64,000 bases of DNA, taken from NCBI GenBank assembly GCA_965220745.1, contig CBDCQT010000005.1, positions 160,001-224,000 of the forward strand. Reading direction: 5' to 3'. Shown here piece by piece: positions 9,233 to 17,141 of the stretch. How positions within the stretch are numbered: position 1 is the stretch's first letter; every line of letters starts with the position of its first letter. The stretch is from Alphaproteobacteria bacterium. Lineage in GTDB: Bacteria; Pseudomonadota; Alphaproteobacteria; UBA828. Under the pieces are notes generated by a model. That model made no database searches. It was not told the DNA's origin and saw only the letters and a list, made by a program, of their open reading frames with translations. The position numbers were made by a program, and so were the translations under genes.

Positions 9233-12200
9233 CTACATCGACATTCCCCGGCCCCGGCTCCTTCGCAGGGCGGCCTGCTTTTCCTGTTCCTGAGCGATCC
9301 TGTTGCGGATCTCCTCTTCCCGCTCACGGACCGCGTCCGGGTCTGCGCCGGCGGCGGCCAGATGGGCGGCGAGCTCGTGTTGCGGCACGTCCTTCCTGAG
9401 CGCCGCCGCGTCGCCGAGAACCTCCTGCTCCTGCTGCCGGCAGTCCTGCCGGGCCTGTCGACGCTCCTCGAACGAGGTAGTCGTGACGCTCATCTGCGTC
9501 AGAGCGTTCCGCGCGCTCTCGGCCTCCGCCGCTCTCTCGAGAAATGCCTCGACCCGATCCCGATTGAGCGCCCAGCGTTCGTCCCTGGCAAGAAGGCCGT
9601 CGACCGTGCTGCGCAGACTCTCCGGCAGATGCGGTCTGGCATCGAGGGAGCGTGCGCGCTCCATCAGCGCGGCATAGTCGCGGCTATCGAAGCCGATCCC
9701 GCCCGTCTTCTCCGCCCACTGCTGCACGCCCGCAGACAGCACGTTCGTCTCCCGCGCCTCGACCGCGATCAGCGCACCGTCGAGGCGGCCCGTTCCCTCG
9801 GTCAGCGCCTTGCGCTCGCCCGGCATGGCGGCCAGATGGGGCGCGTGGGAGGCGTCGTTTGCCAGCATCGCACGGGCCTCGGCGAGCAGGGGCTCCGCCT
9901 GCTGCCGCCAGCCGGCGAGCGCGTCGAGCCTCGCGGGACGCTCGGGGCAGTCCGCCGTCAGCGCGTCCAGCCGTGCGGGCCATTCCCGGATCTGCCAGCA
10001 GAGCGTTACACATCTAGCATGGTAGCCGAGCCATGAGGCGACGACCTCCTGCGTGCGCACCGGCAGCGCCGCCTGCGCGGAGAGCGCCTTGGCCTGTGCG
10101 ACCAACTCGCCGTAGCGCGGCACATGGAACGCCTCGATCCGGGTTTCTCGTGCCTGCCGGTTTACCTCCTTCGTCAGCCACCCGAATGCCCGGTAGCGGT
10201 CGTGCCGTAGCGCGTCGCCGACTTCTTCGGCCGCCTGCCGGACAGCCTCGCGCCCGCCCGGTACGGCGTCCAGGTAGCGCGCGTGGGCGTCTTCCGGGCG
10301 CAGCATGTCCCCGGCCATGGCCTCCAGCCTGGCGCCTTCCTCGCGCCAGGACTGCCGCGTGGGATGGTCCGGATCGAGCCCGCCGGGCTCGTCCTGCGGC
10401 AGGTCCGCACCCTGCCACGCCGCGATGCGGGCGGGCAGGGTGCGCACCCCTTCCGCCAGCGCCGTCTGCGCCGCATCGACCTCCCGCCATTCCGCCATCG
10501 CGCGCTGTACCTGTGTATCGAGCCCCTCGGCGCCCAAGAGCCTTTCGCCAAGCTCCGCCACCTGCCGGTAGCCCGGCGCATAAATCTCCGGGACGACGCT
10601 CTCCGCCGCCCGTTCGCGAAGCGCGGGCCACGCGCGTTCAAACCGTCCGGCATCGTCGAGGAGCCGTGTGCGCTCGAGCATCCCGACGGCGTCCTCCATG
10701 CCGGCGCGCCCCCCAGGCATGGCATGGAGGTGGCGGGCCACATCGCGATGTGCCGCCACGCGGTGGGCCGTCTCGCCGTCGGCCTCCACCAGGCTCCGGC
10801 CTGCCTGCAGAAGCGCCGCCCCCTCCTCGCGCCAGGCGGCGTATTGGGCAAGCTCCTCCACCGGCACTCCCTGCGAGGAGGCCGCCCAGCCGAGCTCCGG
10901 CCAGCGCCGCCAATGCTCCCGGATGCCCTCGACGAGGGCCTGCACCTCGCGGTCGTGCGCGAGATGCTGCTCGTGTTTCTCCAGCATGGTGTCGGTGAGA
11001 CGGCGCATGTCCTCCGGCAGGTCCTCGATCTGCGCGAGCGCAGCAGCCTGCGCCATCACGTCCCTGTATCCCGGCATGAAGAACGGAACGGTGTTCGCCG
11101 CCTCTCCCTTTCGCAGAAGCGCCCGCCAGTCCGCCGCCAGCGCCGTGAACACCTCGGGGTCCACCGCGGGGGGCTCGGAAAGGTCGATCCCCAGCGCCTC
11201 CAGCGCCCCGTCCTCGCTCCGGTCGTACGCCATGCTCTCGATGAGCGCGTCGCGGTCGTCGGTCAGCAGCAGGAACTCTTCCGAGACCCGGCTGAGCTCG
11301 ACATGGAACAGCTCGCGGTCGGCCCCGGCGCCCGCGTCCAGCACCGCGATCGCCGCCCGCGCCGTCCGGCCCTGCGCAGAATGCACGGTGGAACAATACG
11401 CATGATCGAGATGGCGCAACTGCGGGTCGGTAAGCGCAAGACTGAACTCCCGGCCGCCCTCGCGGAAGCGCACCCGCCTGTATCCGATCTCCAAGATCTT
11501 CGCTTCGCCGCCGTTGACCAGGTCCGGCGCCTGGGGATGCCTGCCGCGGGCAGGCGGGGCCTTGCGGTTGCGTGTCCAGCGGATCAGGTCGCCCTCGCGC
11601 AACTCGATCCGCTCGGTGTCGTAGAGGCCCAGATAGTGCGCCGCATTGCCCGAGGGCCGGAACCGGCGCTCGCCCTCGGCGTGGGCTAGAACGACCCTGC
11701 CGTCGTCGTGGCCCATGACGATGCAGACGTCGTTCGTGCGGCAGCCGAAGACGTCGCGGTGGAACACCACGGTGTCGCCGGGCTCGTAGCTCCGGATGTC
11801 GGAGGCCAGCGCGCGGGTGAGCCGCCGGTTTACCAGGCGGTCGACGGCGAGAGAGCGGCCCTTCAACACGCCTTCCTCCGCGAGCCCCTCGCGCACCGTA
11901 TCGTTCGCCTGCCGGCGGATCGCGTGCGTGGGGGCGAGAATCAGGGTGTCCGCCCGCTGCTCCGGCGCCAGCGCGAGCCAGCGCCGCGCCGCCTCGATGC
12001 CGAGCTCCTCGCGCCGCGCTTCGCGCACCCGGTTGCCCAGCGCCGCGATGGCCGCGCCCGGCTCCCCCTCCCTGACGCGGCCTACCGTCGCGCGCAGCTC
12101 CAGGTCGCGCTGGCGCAGCACCTCGTCCATGATCGCCGTCGCCATGCCCGCCTTCTGCAGCAGCCGGAAGGGCTGGCCCGCATCCACCGCCTTCAACTGC

Positions 12201-14044
12201 GCCGTGTCGCCCACCAGCGCCACGCGTGCCACATCCAGATCGCGCGCGATGCGCAGCAGCGCCTCCATGCGCACGGTGTCGATCATCGACGCCTCGTCCA
12301 CCGCCAGCACCGCGCCCCCGTACTCCTCCCGGCCCCGCGCCAGCCGCTCCGGGTCGGAGAGGTCGTTGAAGCGGGTCAGGAAGTGCTGCACCGTCCTGGA
12401 CGCGATGCCGGCCTCCCTGGCGAGAACCCGTGCGGCGGCGGCAGAGGGTGCCAGGCCCTGTATCTTCCGCTCACCGAGGAGTTCCTTCACCTCCCTCAGC
12501 ATGGTTGTCTTGCCGCTGCCGGCATGGCCCTGCACGCCGACCGTGAGATCGTTCGACAGCAGCACCGTGCGGACCGCCTCCCTCTGGCCCTTGGTGAGAC
12601 GCGACGCCCCGAGCCGCGCCTCCACGGCATCCTCGTCGGCCAGCGCCGCTCCCTTGCCGCGCCCCGCCCGCATCGACGCCAGCACCTGGCGTTCAGCCTT
12701 CACCGCCCGGTCGGTGACGAAGGCCCGGTCCATGCCCCGGCGTTCCGCCTCGATCAGCTCGCCGCCCGACACCAGCCGTGCGATCGCCCCGTCGACCTCG
12801 GCCAGGGTGTAGCGTCCCGGCGCGTGGCCCAGCGCCACCGCCCGGATCTCGGCCTCCGGGATCGCGGTGCGCCTCTCCGCAACATGCGCCACCGCCCGCG
12901 CCACCGCCTCCAGGACGCCCCGCTCGGGCTCCTGCGACAGCTCCGCCGGCGCCGGTGAGCGAGGGGGCGTGGGCTTCACCCCCGCCGACGCGGCAACGCC
13001 GTCGCGGGGCTGCCTCGGCAGCGCCGGCAGCGCCGGCGCGCGCTTCAGGCTGCGGATCTCGTTGGCCGGCAGGTCGGGCGCAGGCACGCGCGGCAATCCC
13101 ACCCGCTCGCCGGTCACAGGGTCGAGCGGCCGGGACGGCCTGAGGGCCGTCTTCTCCCGGACCAGCCCCAGTGCCCGCGCCCGTTCGCGCCATTCCGGCA
13201 CCAGGTCCGCGAGGCCCTTGTCCTCCTTGCGCCGGCGCGTGTGAAGCGCCGCCATCTGCGTGTGCTTCGCCGTGTAGGACAGGTCCTGGCGCTCCAGATA
13301 CGCAAGAATCTCGCGGCGCCTGCCCGAGAACGCGTCCAGGAAGGAGCGGTCGTAGCCCGCAAGCTCGAACCCCGGCACCCTTCCCACCAAGGTCGGCGAG
13401 ACGGCCATGCCCAAAGCCTGAAGACGCCGCGCGAGCTCGTTCCGGTAGTATGCCCCGATCAGCTTCTCGCTGCGGCGGATCCTGGTCGGCTCCACGCTCC
13501 GCCATTCCCCGGACGCATTGCGCGTCATGTTGGCCAGCACGCAGTGGGTGTGCAGCTGCGGGTCCTGGTCGCGGCTCGCGAGATGCCGGAACCCCGCCAC
13601 CACCATGCCCTGCGCCTTCACCCGGGGACGGCGCCGGGTCGCCGGGTCCCAGCCCCGGGTCTGCAGAAGGTCCGCCTCCACGAACGCCAGCGTCGCCCGC
13701 ACCGCCTCGTCATGTGCCCGGATCACCCGGCGGTCGCCCATCACCAGCGCCTCCAGCGATACCGACTTGGGCGCGGACAGGGTGATGTCCCAGCCGGGCC
13801 GGTGATCGTGCTCCCCCTCGCGCATCCGGCCGAGACGCAGGTCCGTCCCCGGCACGTATCCCGACAGCACCGATTCGAAGCGCGACGGACGCACGTGGGC
13901 CTTGAGCCCCAGCGCCTTCGCCGCGTCCCCGTACCAAAAACTGGCCTGGCGGTGCTCGGGGTCGTTCTTTGCGTAGTAGCCGTCGCGCTCGTAATAGGTC
14001 ACCGCCATGGCGGACGAGCGAAGCTCGACGACCGTGGCTACCAT
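9233..14044 (-). CDS. MobF (TrwC/TraA-like) relaxase-helicase with long C-terminal extension
   Basis: N-terminal YYERDGYY tyrosines, DITLSAPKSVS, H...DPQLHTH HUH motif; helicase GHAGSGKTT, VDEASM, LVGD..QL, HAYCSTVHSAQG. Confidence 0.92.
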   Translation of the reverse strand: MVATVVELRSSAMAVTYYERDGYYAKNDPEHRQASFWYGDAAKALGLKAHVRPSRFESVLSGYVPGTDLRLGRMREGEHDHRPGWDITLSAPKSVSLEALVMGDRRVIRAHDEAVRATLAFVEADLLQTRGWDPATRRRPRVKAQGMVVAGFRHLASRDQDPQLHTHCVLANMTRNASGEWRSVEPTRIRRSEKLIGAYYRNELARRLQALGMAVSPTLVGRVPGFELAGYDRSFLDAFSGRRREILAYLERQDLSYTAKHTQMAALHTRRRKEDKGLADLVPEWRERARALGLVREKTALRPSRPLDPVTGERVGLPRVPAPDLPANEIRSLKRAPALPALPRQPRDGVAASAGVKPTPPRSPAPAELSQEPERGVLEAVARAVAHVAERRTAIPEAEIRAVALGHAPGRYTLAEVDGAIARLVSGGELIEAERRGMDRAFVTDRAVKAERQVLASMRAGRGKGAALADEDAVEARLGASRLTKGQREAVRTVLLSNDLTVGVQGHAGSGKTTMLREVKELLGERKIQGLAPSAAAARVLAREAGIASRTVQHFLTRFNDLSDPERLARGREEYGGAVLAVDEASMIDTVRMEALLRIARDLDVARVALVGDTAQLKAVDAGQPFRLLQKAGMATAIMDEVLRQRDLELRATVGRVREGEPGAAIAALGNRVREARREELGIEAARRWLALAPEQRADTLILAPTHAIRRQANDTVREGLAEEGVLKGRSLAVDRLVNRRLTRALASDIRSYEPGDTVVFHRDVFGCRTNDVCIVMGHDDGRVVLAHAEGERRFRPSGNAAHYLGLYDTERIELREGDLIRWTRNRKAPPARGRHPQAPDLVNGGEAKILEIGYRRVRFREGGREFSLALTDPQLRHLDHAYCSTVHSAQGRTARAAIAVLDAGAGADRELFHVELSRVSEEFLLLTDDRDALIESMAYDRSEDGALEALGIDLSEPPAVDPEVFTALAADWRALLRKGEAANTVPFFMPGYRDVMAQAAALAQIEDLPEDMRRLTDTMLEKHEQHLAHDREVQALVEGIREHWRRWPELGWAASSQGVPVEELAQYAAWREEGAALLQAGRSLVEADGETAHRVAAHRDVARHLHAMPGGRAGMEDAVGMLERTRLLDDAGRFERAWPALRERAAESVVPEIYAPGYRQVAELGERLLGAEGLDTQVQRAMAEWREVDAAQTALAEGVRTLPARIAAWQGADLPQDEPGGLDPDHPTRQSWREEGARLEAMAGDMLRPEDAHARYLDAVPGGREAVRQAAEEVGDALRHDRYRAFGWLTKEVNRQARETRIEAFHVPRYGELVAQAKALSAQAALPVRTQEVVASWLGYHARCVTLCWQIREWPARLDALTADCPERPARLDALAGWRQQAEPLLAEARAMLANDASHAPHLAAMPGERKALTEGTGRLDGALIAVEARETNVLSAGVQQWAEKTGGIGFDSRDYAALMERARSLDARPHLPESLRSTVDGLLARDERWALNRDRVEAFLERAAEAESARNALTQMSVTTTSFEERRQARQDCRQQEQEVLGDAAALRKDVPQHELAAHLAAAGADPDAVREREEEIRNRIAQEQEKQAALRRSRGRGMSM

Positions 14045-14116
14045 CGGATCAGACCCCGCGCGCGTCTGCGGTGCGCGGTAGGAGCGGAGAGGCTGAACGC
14101 CGCCGGCTCAACGGGC

Positions 14117-14767
14117 TCACAGCCATCGGTAAAGCAGGTGTGCTTGGCTCTCGAGCAGCATGCCCAGCACAAAGATGGTCACGACCGCAAGAACCGCCTT
14201 CCAGCCGAACTTCAGCCCGGCCGTTTGCTTGAGGATGTCATCGAGGGTCATATGGATCAGACGGGTCTGCCGAGAGGCATGGTTGCTCGTCGCCGCGAGG
14301 CCCTTCTCGATCCTGGTCACGGCCCCCTCGATCCCGGCCGCGACCCGGTCTTCGGTTGTTGCCAATCCCCCGTCGATGCGCTCTGCCGCCGCAACCGCCT
14401 TCGCCGCCGCTTCCTCGATCCTGCCGATATGGTCCGCGACGGCCGATGCTGCGTCGTCGTTTGGCGCGGCTTCGGCGACGCGGGCCACGAGCCTGTCGCC
14501 CCAGGCCTCGAGCGCCTCCCGCGTCAGTACCTCAGGTACTGCCTCAGGCAGTGCCGTAGGCACCGGCGCAGACCGTTCCGTCGACACCGCTTCCTTCAGT
14601 CCGGCCACCTGCTCCCGCAGGTCCCGCACGTCGGCGAGCAGTTCCTCGATCGCGGCAGGATCGATACCGGGATCCGGCCGTGAAGCGGGCGGGCCCTCCG
14701 CCGGCAGGCTCGCCAGGAGGTCCGGCTGGCCCGTCCGTCCGCTCTTGCCGTCGCGCTCCGCAGTCAC
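14117..14767 (-). CDS. Hypothetical helical protein with C-terminal transmembrane anchor, in the relaxase operon
   Basis: 216 aa, Ala/Glu-rich helical body, hydrophobic C-terminal segment WKAVLAVVTIFVLGMLL; GAGGGG upstream of GTG start. Confidence 0.7.
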   Translation of the reverse strand: MTAERDGKSGRTGQPDLLASLPAEGPPASRPDPGIDPAAIEELLADVRDLREQVAGLKEAVSTERSAPVPTALPEAVPEVLTREALEAWGDRLVARVAEAAPNDDAASAVADHIGRIEEAAAKAVAAAERIDGGLATTEDRVAAGIEGAVTRIEKGLAATSNHASRQTRLIHMTLDDILKQTAGLKFGWKAVLAVVTIFVLGMLLESQAHLLYRWL

Positions 14768-14789
14768 GCCAATTGTCCCCTCGTGCGGG

Positions 14790-14974
14790 CGACCTCGTGC
14801 ACCTCATTCATGCCGGTGATGCACATGATGCCTGCCTCACGGCAACCGCTTCCGGCGGGATTCCGTCTCCCCTTCGCAGGCCTGTGGCGGGACCCTCTGC
14901 TTCTGATGTCGCGCTCCGGTGTCACGCTATCCCTCTCCTCGTTCGGTCGACCTCGCGCACATCATTGATGCCGG
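14790..14974. repeat. Imperfect 27-bp direct repeat pair in the mob intergenic region
   Basis: cgacctcgtgcacctcattcatgccgg (14790-14816) vs cgacctcgcgcacatcattgatgccgg (14948-14974), 3 mismatches. Confidence 0.75.
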
Positions 14975-14994
14975 CGGCGCAGACGGTGAGCGCC

Positions 14995-15561
14995 TCACAA
15001 GAGCCGGTCCTGGCGGGAGTCCGTCTTCCCCTCGCGGGCCTCAGGCGCGACCTCTTGCTTCGCTGCCGGCGGCTCGGTCGAGACCGCGACCGAGGCCGGC
15101 ACGACCGAGGTCGGCTCGGTCGAGACCGCGACCGAGGCCGCGGCGATACCCGCCCGCTCCTCGCCAAGCACCGAGGCGAGCGCCAGCCGCAGCTCTTCCG
15201 AGCGGCCCGACCCGGCCATCGCAGACACCCACGCGGCGAACATCACCGCGATCCGCTCCTGCATGTCGCGCACAAGGGGACCCGCATCCTCCCCCTCCAG
15301 CATCAGCGCGCGAACCTCCCTAACCGCCTCCAGCTGCTCCCGCTGCTCTTCCTTGGCAAGCGCCAGCGCGGGATGGTCGTGCCGTAGACCCGCGTCCTCT
15401 TCCGCAGCGTCCCGTTCCACCAACCCCAGCAGGTAGCGCGCGATCGACAGGCCGCGCCGCTCCGCGTTCTGGCGAACGATCTCCCATTCCGCGTCCGTCG
15501 CCGAGATCGAGATGTGCTTGCTCGGCCTGCGCGCCTTCCGCCGCCGCCGCACCCGCCTCAC
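14995..15561 (-). CDS. Ribbon-helix-helix / MobC-like mobilisation accessory protein
   Basis: KHISISATDAEWEIVRQNAERRGLSIARYLL RHH pattern; start overlaps upstream stop. Confidence 0.7.
   Translation of the reverse strand: MRRVRRRRKARRPSKHISISATDAEWEIVRQNAERRGLSIARYLLGLVERDAAEEDAGLRHDHPALALAKEEQREQLEAVREVRALMLEGEDAGPLVRDMQERIAVMFAAWVSAMAGSGRSEELRLALASVLGEERAGIAAASVAVSTEPTSVVPASVAVSTEPPAAKQEVAPEAREGKTDSRQDRLL
15070..15140. repeat. Exact 29-bp duplication within the RHH gene (encodes ASVAVSTEP twice)
   Basis: cggctcggtcgagaccgcgaccgaggccg at 15070-15098 and 15112-15140, 42-bp period, in frame. Confidence 0.85.
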
Positions 15562-15869
15562 GGCGCACGCTCCCTCGCAAGGACGGAGATCGCGCTCAGC
15601 AGGCTGAGCCCGCTGCCCCCCGGAAGCTCGCGCCGGAGAGCCCGCACGAATGCCTGCAACTCACGCACCCCGTCCCGCTGCTCCACCTGTTCCGCTTCCG
15701 TCAGCACCAGGGGATGACGGTCCGGATCGTCGGCGAGCGCGAGCTCCAGCACATAGCGCGACACGGTCTTGTCCGCCGCCGCAGCGCGCTCCCGGATCAT
15801 CGCCTGCTCAGCCGGCTTGCAGTGCAGGCTCCGCTGACGCCTGAGCGGCCGCGCCGCCTCCTCAGTCAC
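15558..15869 (-). CDS. Ribbon-helix-helix / MobC-like protein
   Basis: RQRSLHCKPAEQAMIRERAAAADKTVSRYVLELAL; 4-bp overlaps with both neighbours. Confidence 0.7.
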   Translation of the reverse strand: MTEEAARPLRRQRSLHCKPAEQAMIRERAAAADKTVSRYVLELALADDPDRHPLVLTEAEQVEQRDGVRELQAFVRALRRELPGGSGLSLLSAISVLARERAP

Positions 15870-16237
15870 GATCCATCCTCCTCAGCCGGCCCCGCCGCCT
15901 TCCAGCGGTTCGCCGCTCCGGGATCGGTGAGCCGGTCGAGCATGCCCTCCCGCTCGAGCCATTCGTCCACCGCGTCGCAGGCATCCTCCCAGGCCTCGCC
16001 GGCGCCCGCCCCGCGCAGCCGTCTCTCCTCCAGCCTGGACAGCACCAGCATCTCGCGCACCGCCCGGCGCAGGATCTCCGGCGGCAGAGGGTCCCGGTCC
16101 AGCGCGCGATGGATCACGAAGCGCGACAGGTCCATGCCGCTCGCCGCAGCCGCCCGGCCAATCCGTTCCCACTCCGCATCGGTCGCCATCACGGCGCGCT
16201 GGCGGCGCCCGCTGGCATCCTCCCTCATGGCCGCCAT
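15866..16237 (-). CDS. Ribbon-helix-helix / MobC-like protein
   Basis: RQRAVMATDAEWERIGRAAAASGMDLSRFVIHRAL; first gene of the mob operon. Confidence 0.7.
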   Translation of the reverse strand: MAAMREDASGRRQRAVMATDAEWERIGRAAAASGMDLSRFVIHRALDRDPLPPEILRRAVREMLVLSRLEERRLRGAGAGEAWEDACDAVDEWLEREGMLDRLTDPGAANRWKAAGPAEEDGS

Positions 16238-16486
16238 CCGTCCGGCAAGGCTTGCAGAGACCGCAACACGCGGCTACTCCTCGATGCAGAATGTGTCATG
16301 AAAGTCCTATGATATTCATCGCATCCACGATTTCTATGTCGTTATTATGTCCTTGAACAATGCGCCATGATAGGACAAGAACCATACTAGTGCCCCACGG
16401 CAAATGCCACAACCTGTTTCCCCGAATGCAACTCCTCAGCGACACAGAATTTGCCAATGTGTTCTCCACCACCGCTCCAATCGCCC

Positions 16487-16515
16487 TTGACGGCACTCGT
16501 AACCCATTGTAGAAT
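16487..16515 (+). promoter_or_regulatory. Near-consensus sigma70 promoter facing out of the element end
   Basis: TTGACG (16487-16492), 17-bp spacer, TAGAAT (16510-16515); AGGAGG follows at 16527-16532. Confidence 0.65.
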
Positions 16516-16589
16516 AGCTCTAATACAGGAGGGAACTGCAACCCTACGTCACGGTTCGTTCACGTCAAGCCCCCTACTAGTGGTTCACA

Positions 16590-17119
16590 CCCCCTACTGC
16601 GACATCAAGCCGATCGTGGTGATCGCCGCTTTAGCGCTCTCGGACTGCGGCGAGGACGCCGGGTGCCTGCGCGTGATTCCCGGCTCCCATCGCGGGGCGC
16701 TGCTGCCGCATCGCGAGCATTTCGGCACCGACAGCCTGCTTACTCGCGAGCAGCAGATCGACGCGCCCATCGACGAGAGCGCCGCGGTCTCGCTGCCGAT
16801 GGCGGCGGGCGAGGCGGTCCTCTTCAACAACGCGATCTGCCACTCCTCCGGCCCCAACCGGGGCGACGACCGTCGCATCATCTTCCTGATCGAATACGTG
16901 CCGACGCACGCCTGGCAGCACGAGCCGCGCGAATCCGCGATGCTGGTGCGGGGCGTCGATCGCTTCGGCCATTTTGATGTCGACCCGCGCCCGGCCCAGG
17001 AGATGAGCCCGGCGGCGCAGGCAGCATGGCGGCGCAAGGTCGAGGTGCAGGCAAAGGTGCTCTACCGCGGCGCCGCCCATCCCACGCGCGCGCTGGCGTC
17101 GGGGGGTCGAACGGCATGA
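16590..17119 (+). pseudogene. 3' fragment of a phytanoyl-CoA dioxygenase (PhyH) family Fe/2OG dioxygenase
   Basis: ALSD...GCLRVIPGSH...GEAVLF...HSSGPN...RRI match the PhyH C-terminal half. The N-terminal half with the HxD motif is missing and replaced by AT-richer non-coding-looking sequence. Confidence 0.75.
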
Positions 17120-17141
17120 CGGACGCGCAGGCGGAGAGCGG

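Larger units (their letters stand above)
1..16590. mobile_element. Integrated mobilisable element (MobF relaxase-encoding genomic island), right portion; left end and integrase lie outside the window
   Basis: MobF relaxase plus RHH accessory genes, nuclease/RM cargo with lower-GC patches, all genes on the minus strand, and a right boundary coinciding with a 5'-truncated PhyH gene at ~16590. No T4SS, coupling protein or integrase in the window. Confidence 0.75.

Noticed and set aside
14790-15140. Direct repeats as a possible CRISPR array
   Set aside because: Only two copies of each repeat, wrong spacing, one pair is a coding duplication, and no cas genes.
16451-16589. N-terminus of the 222-aa ORF as part of an intact PhyH protein
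   Set aside because: Non-homologous, spans a promoter-like sequence and lacks the HxD motif.
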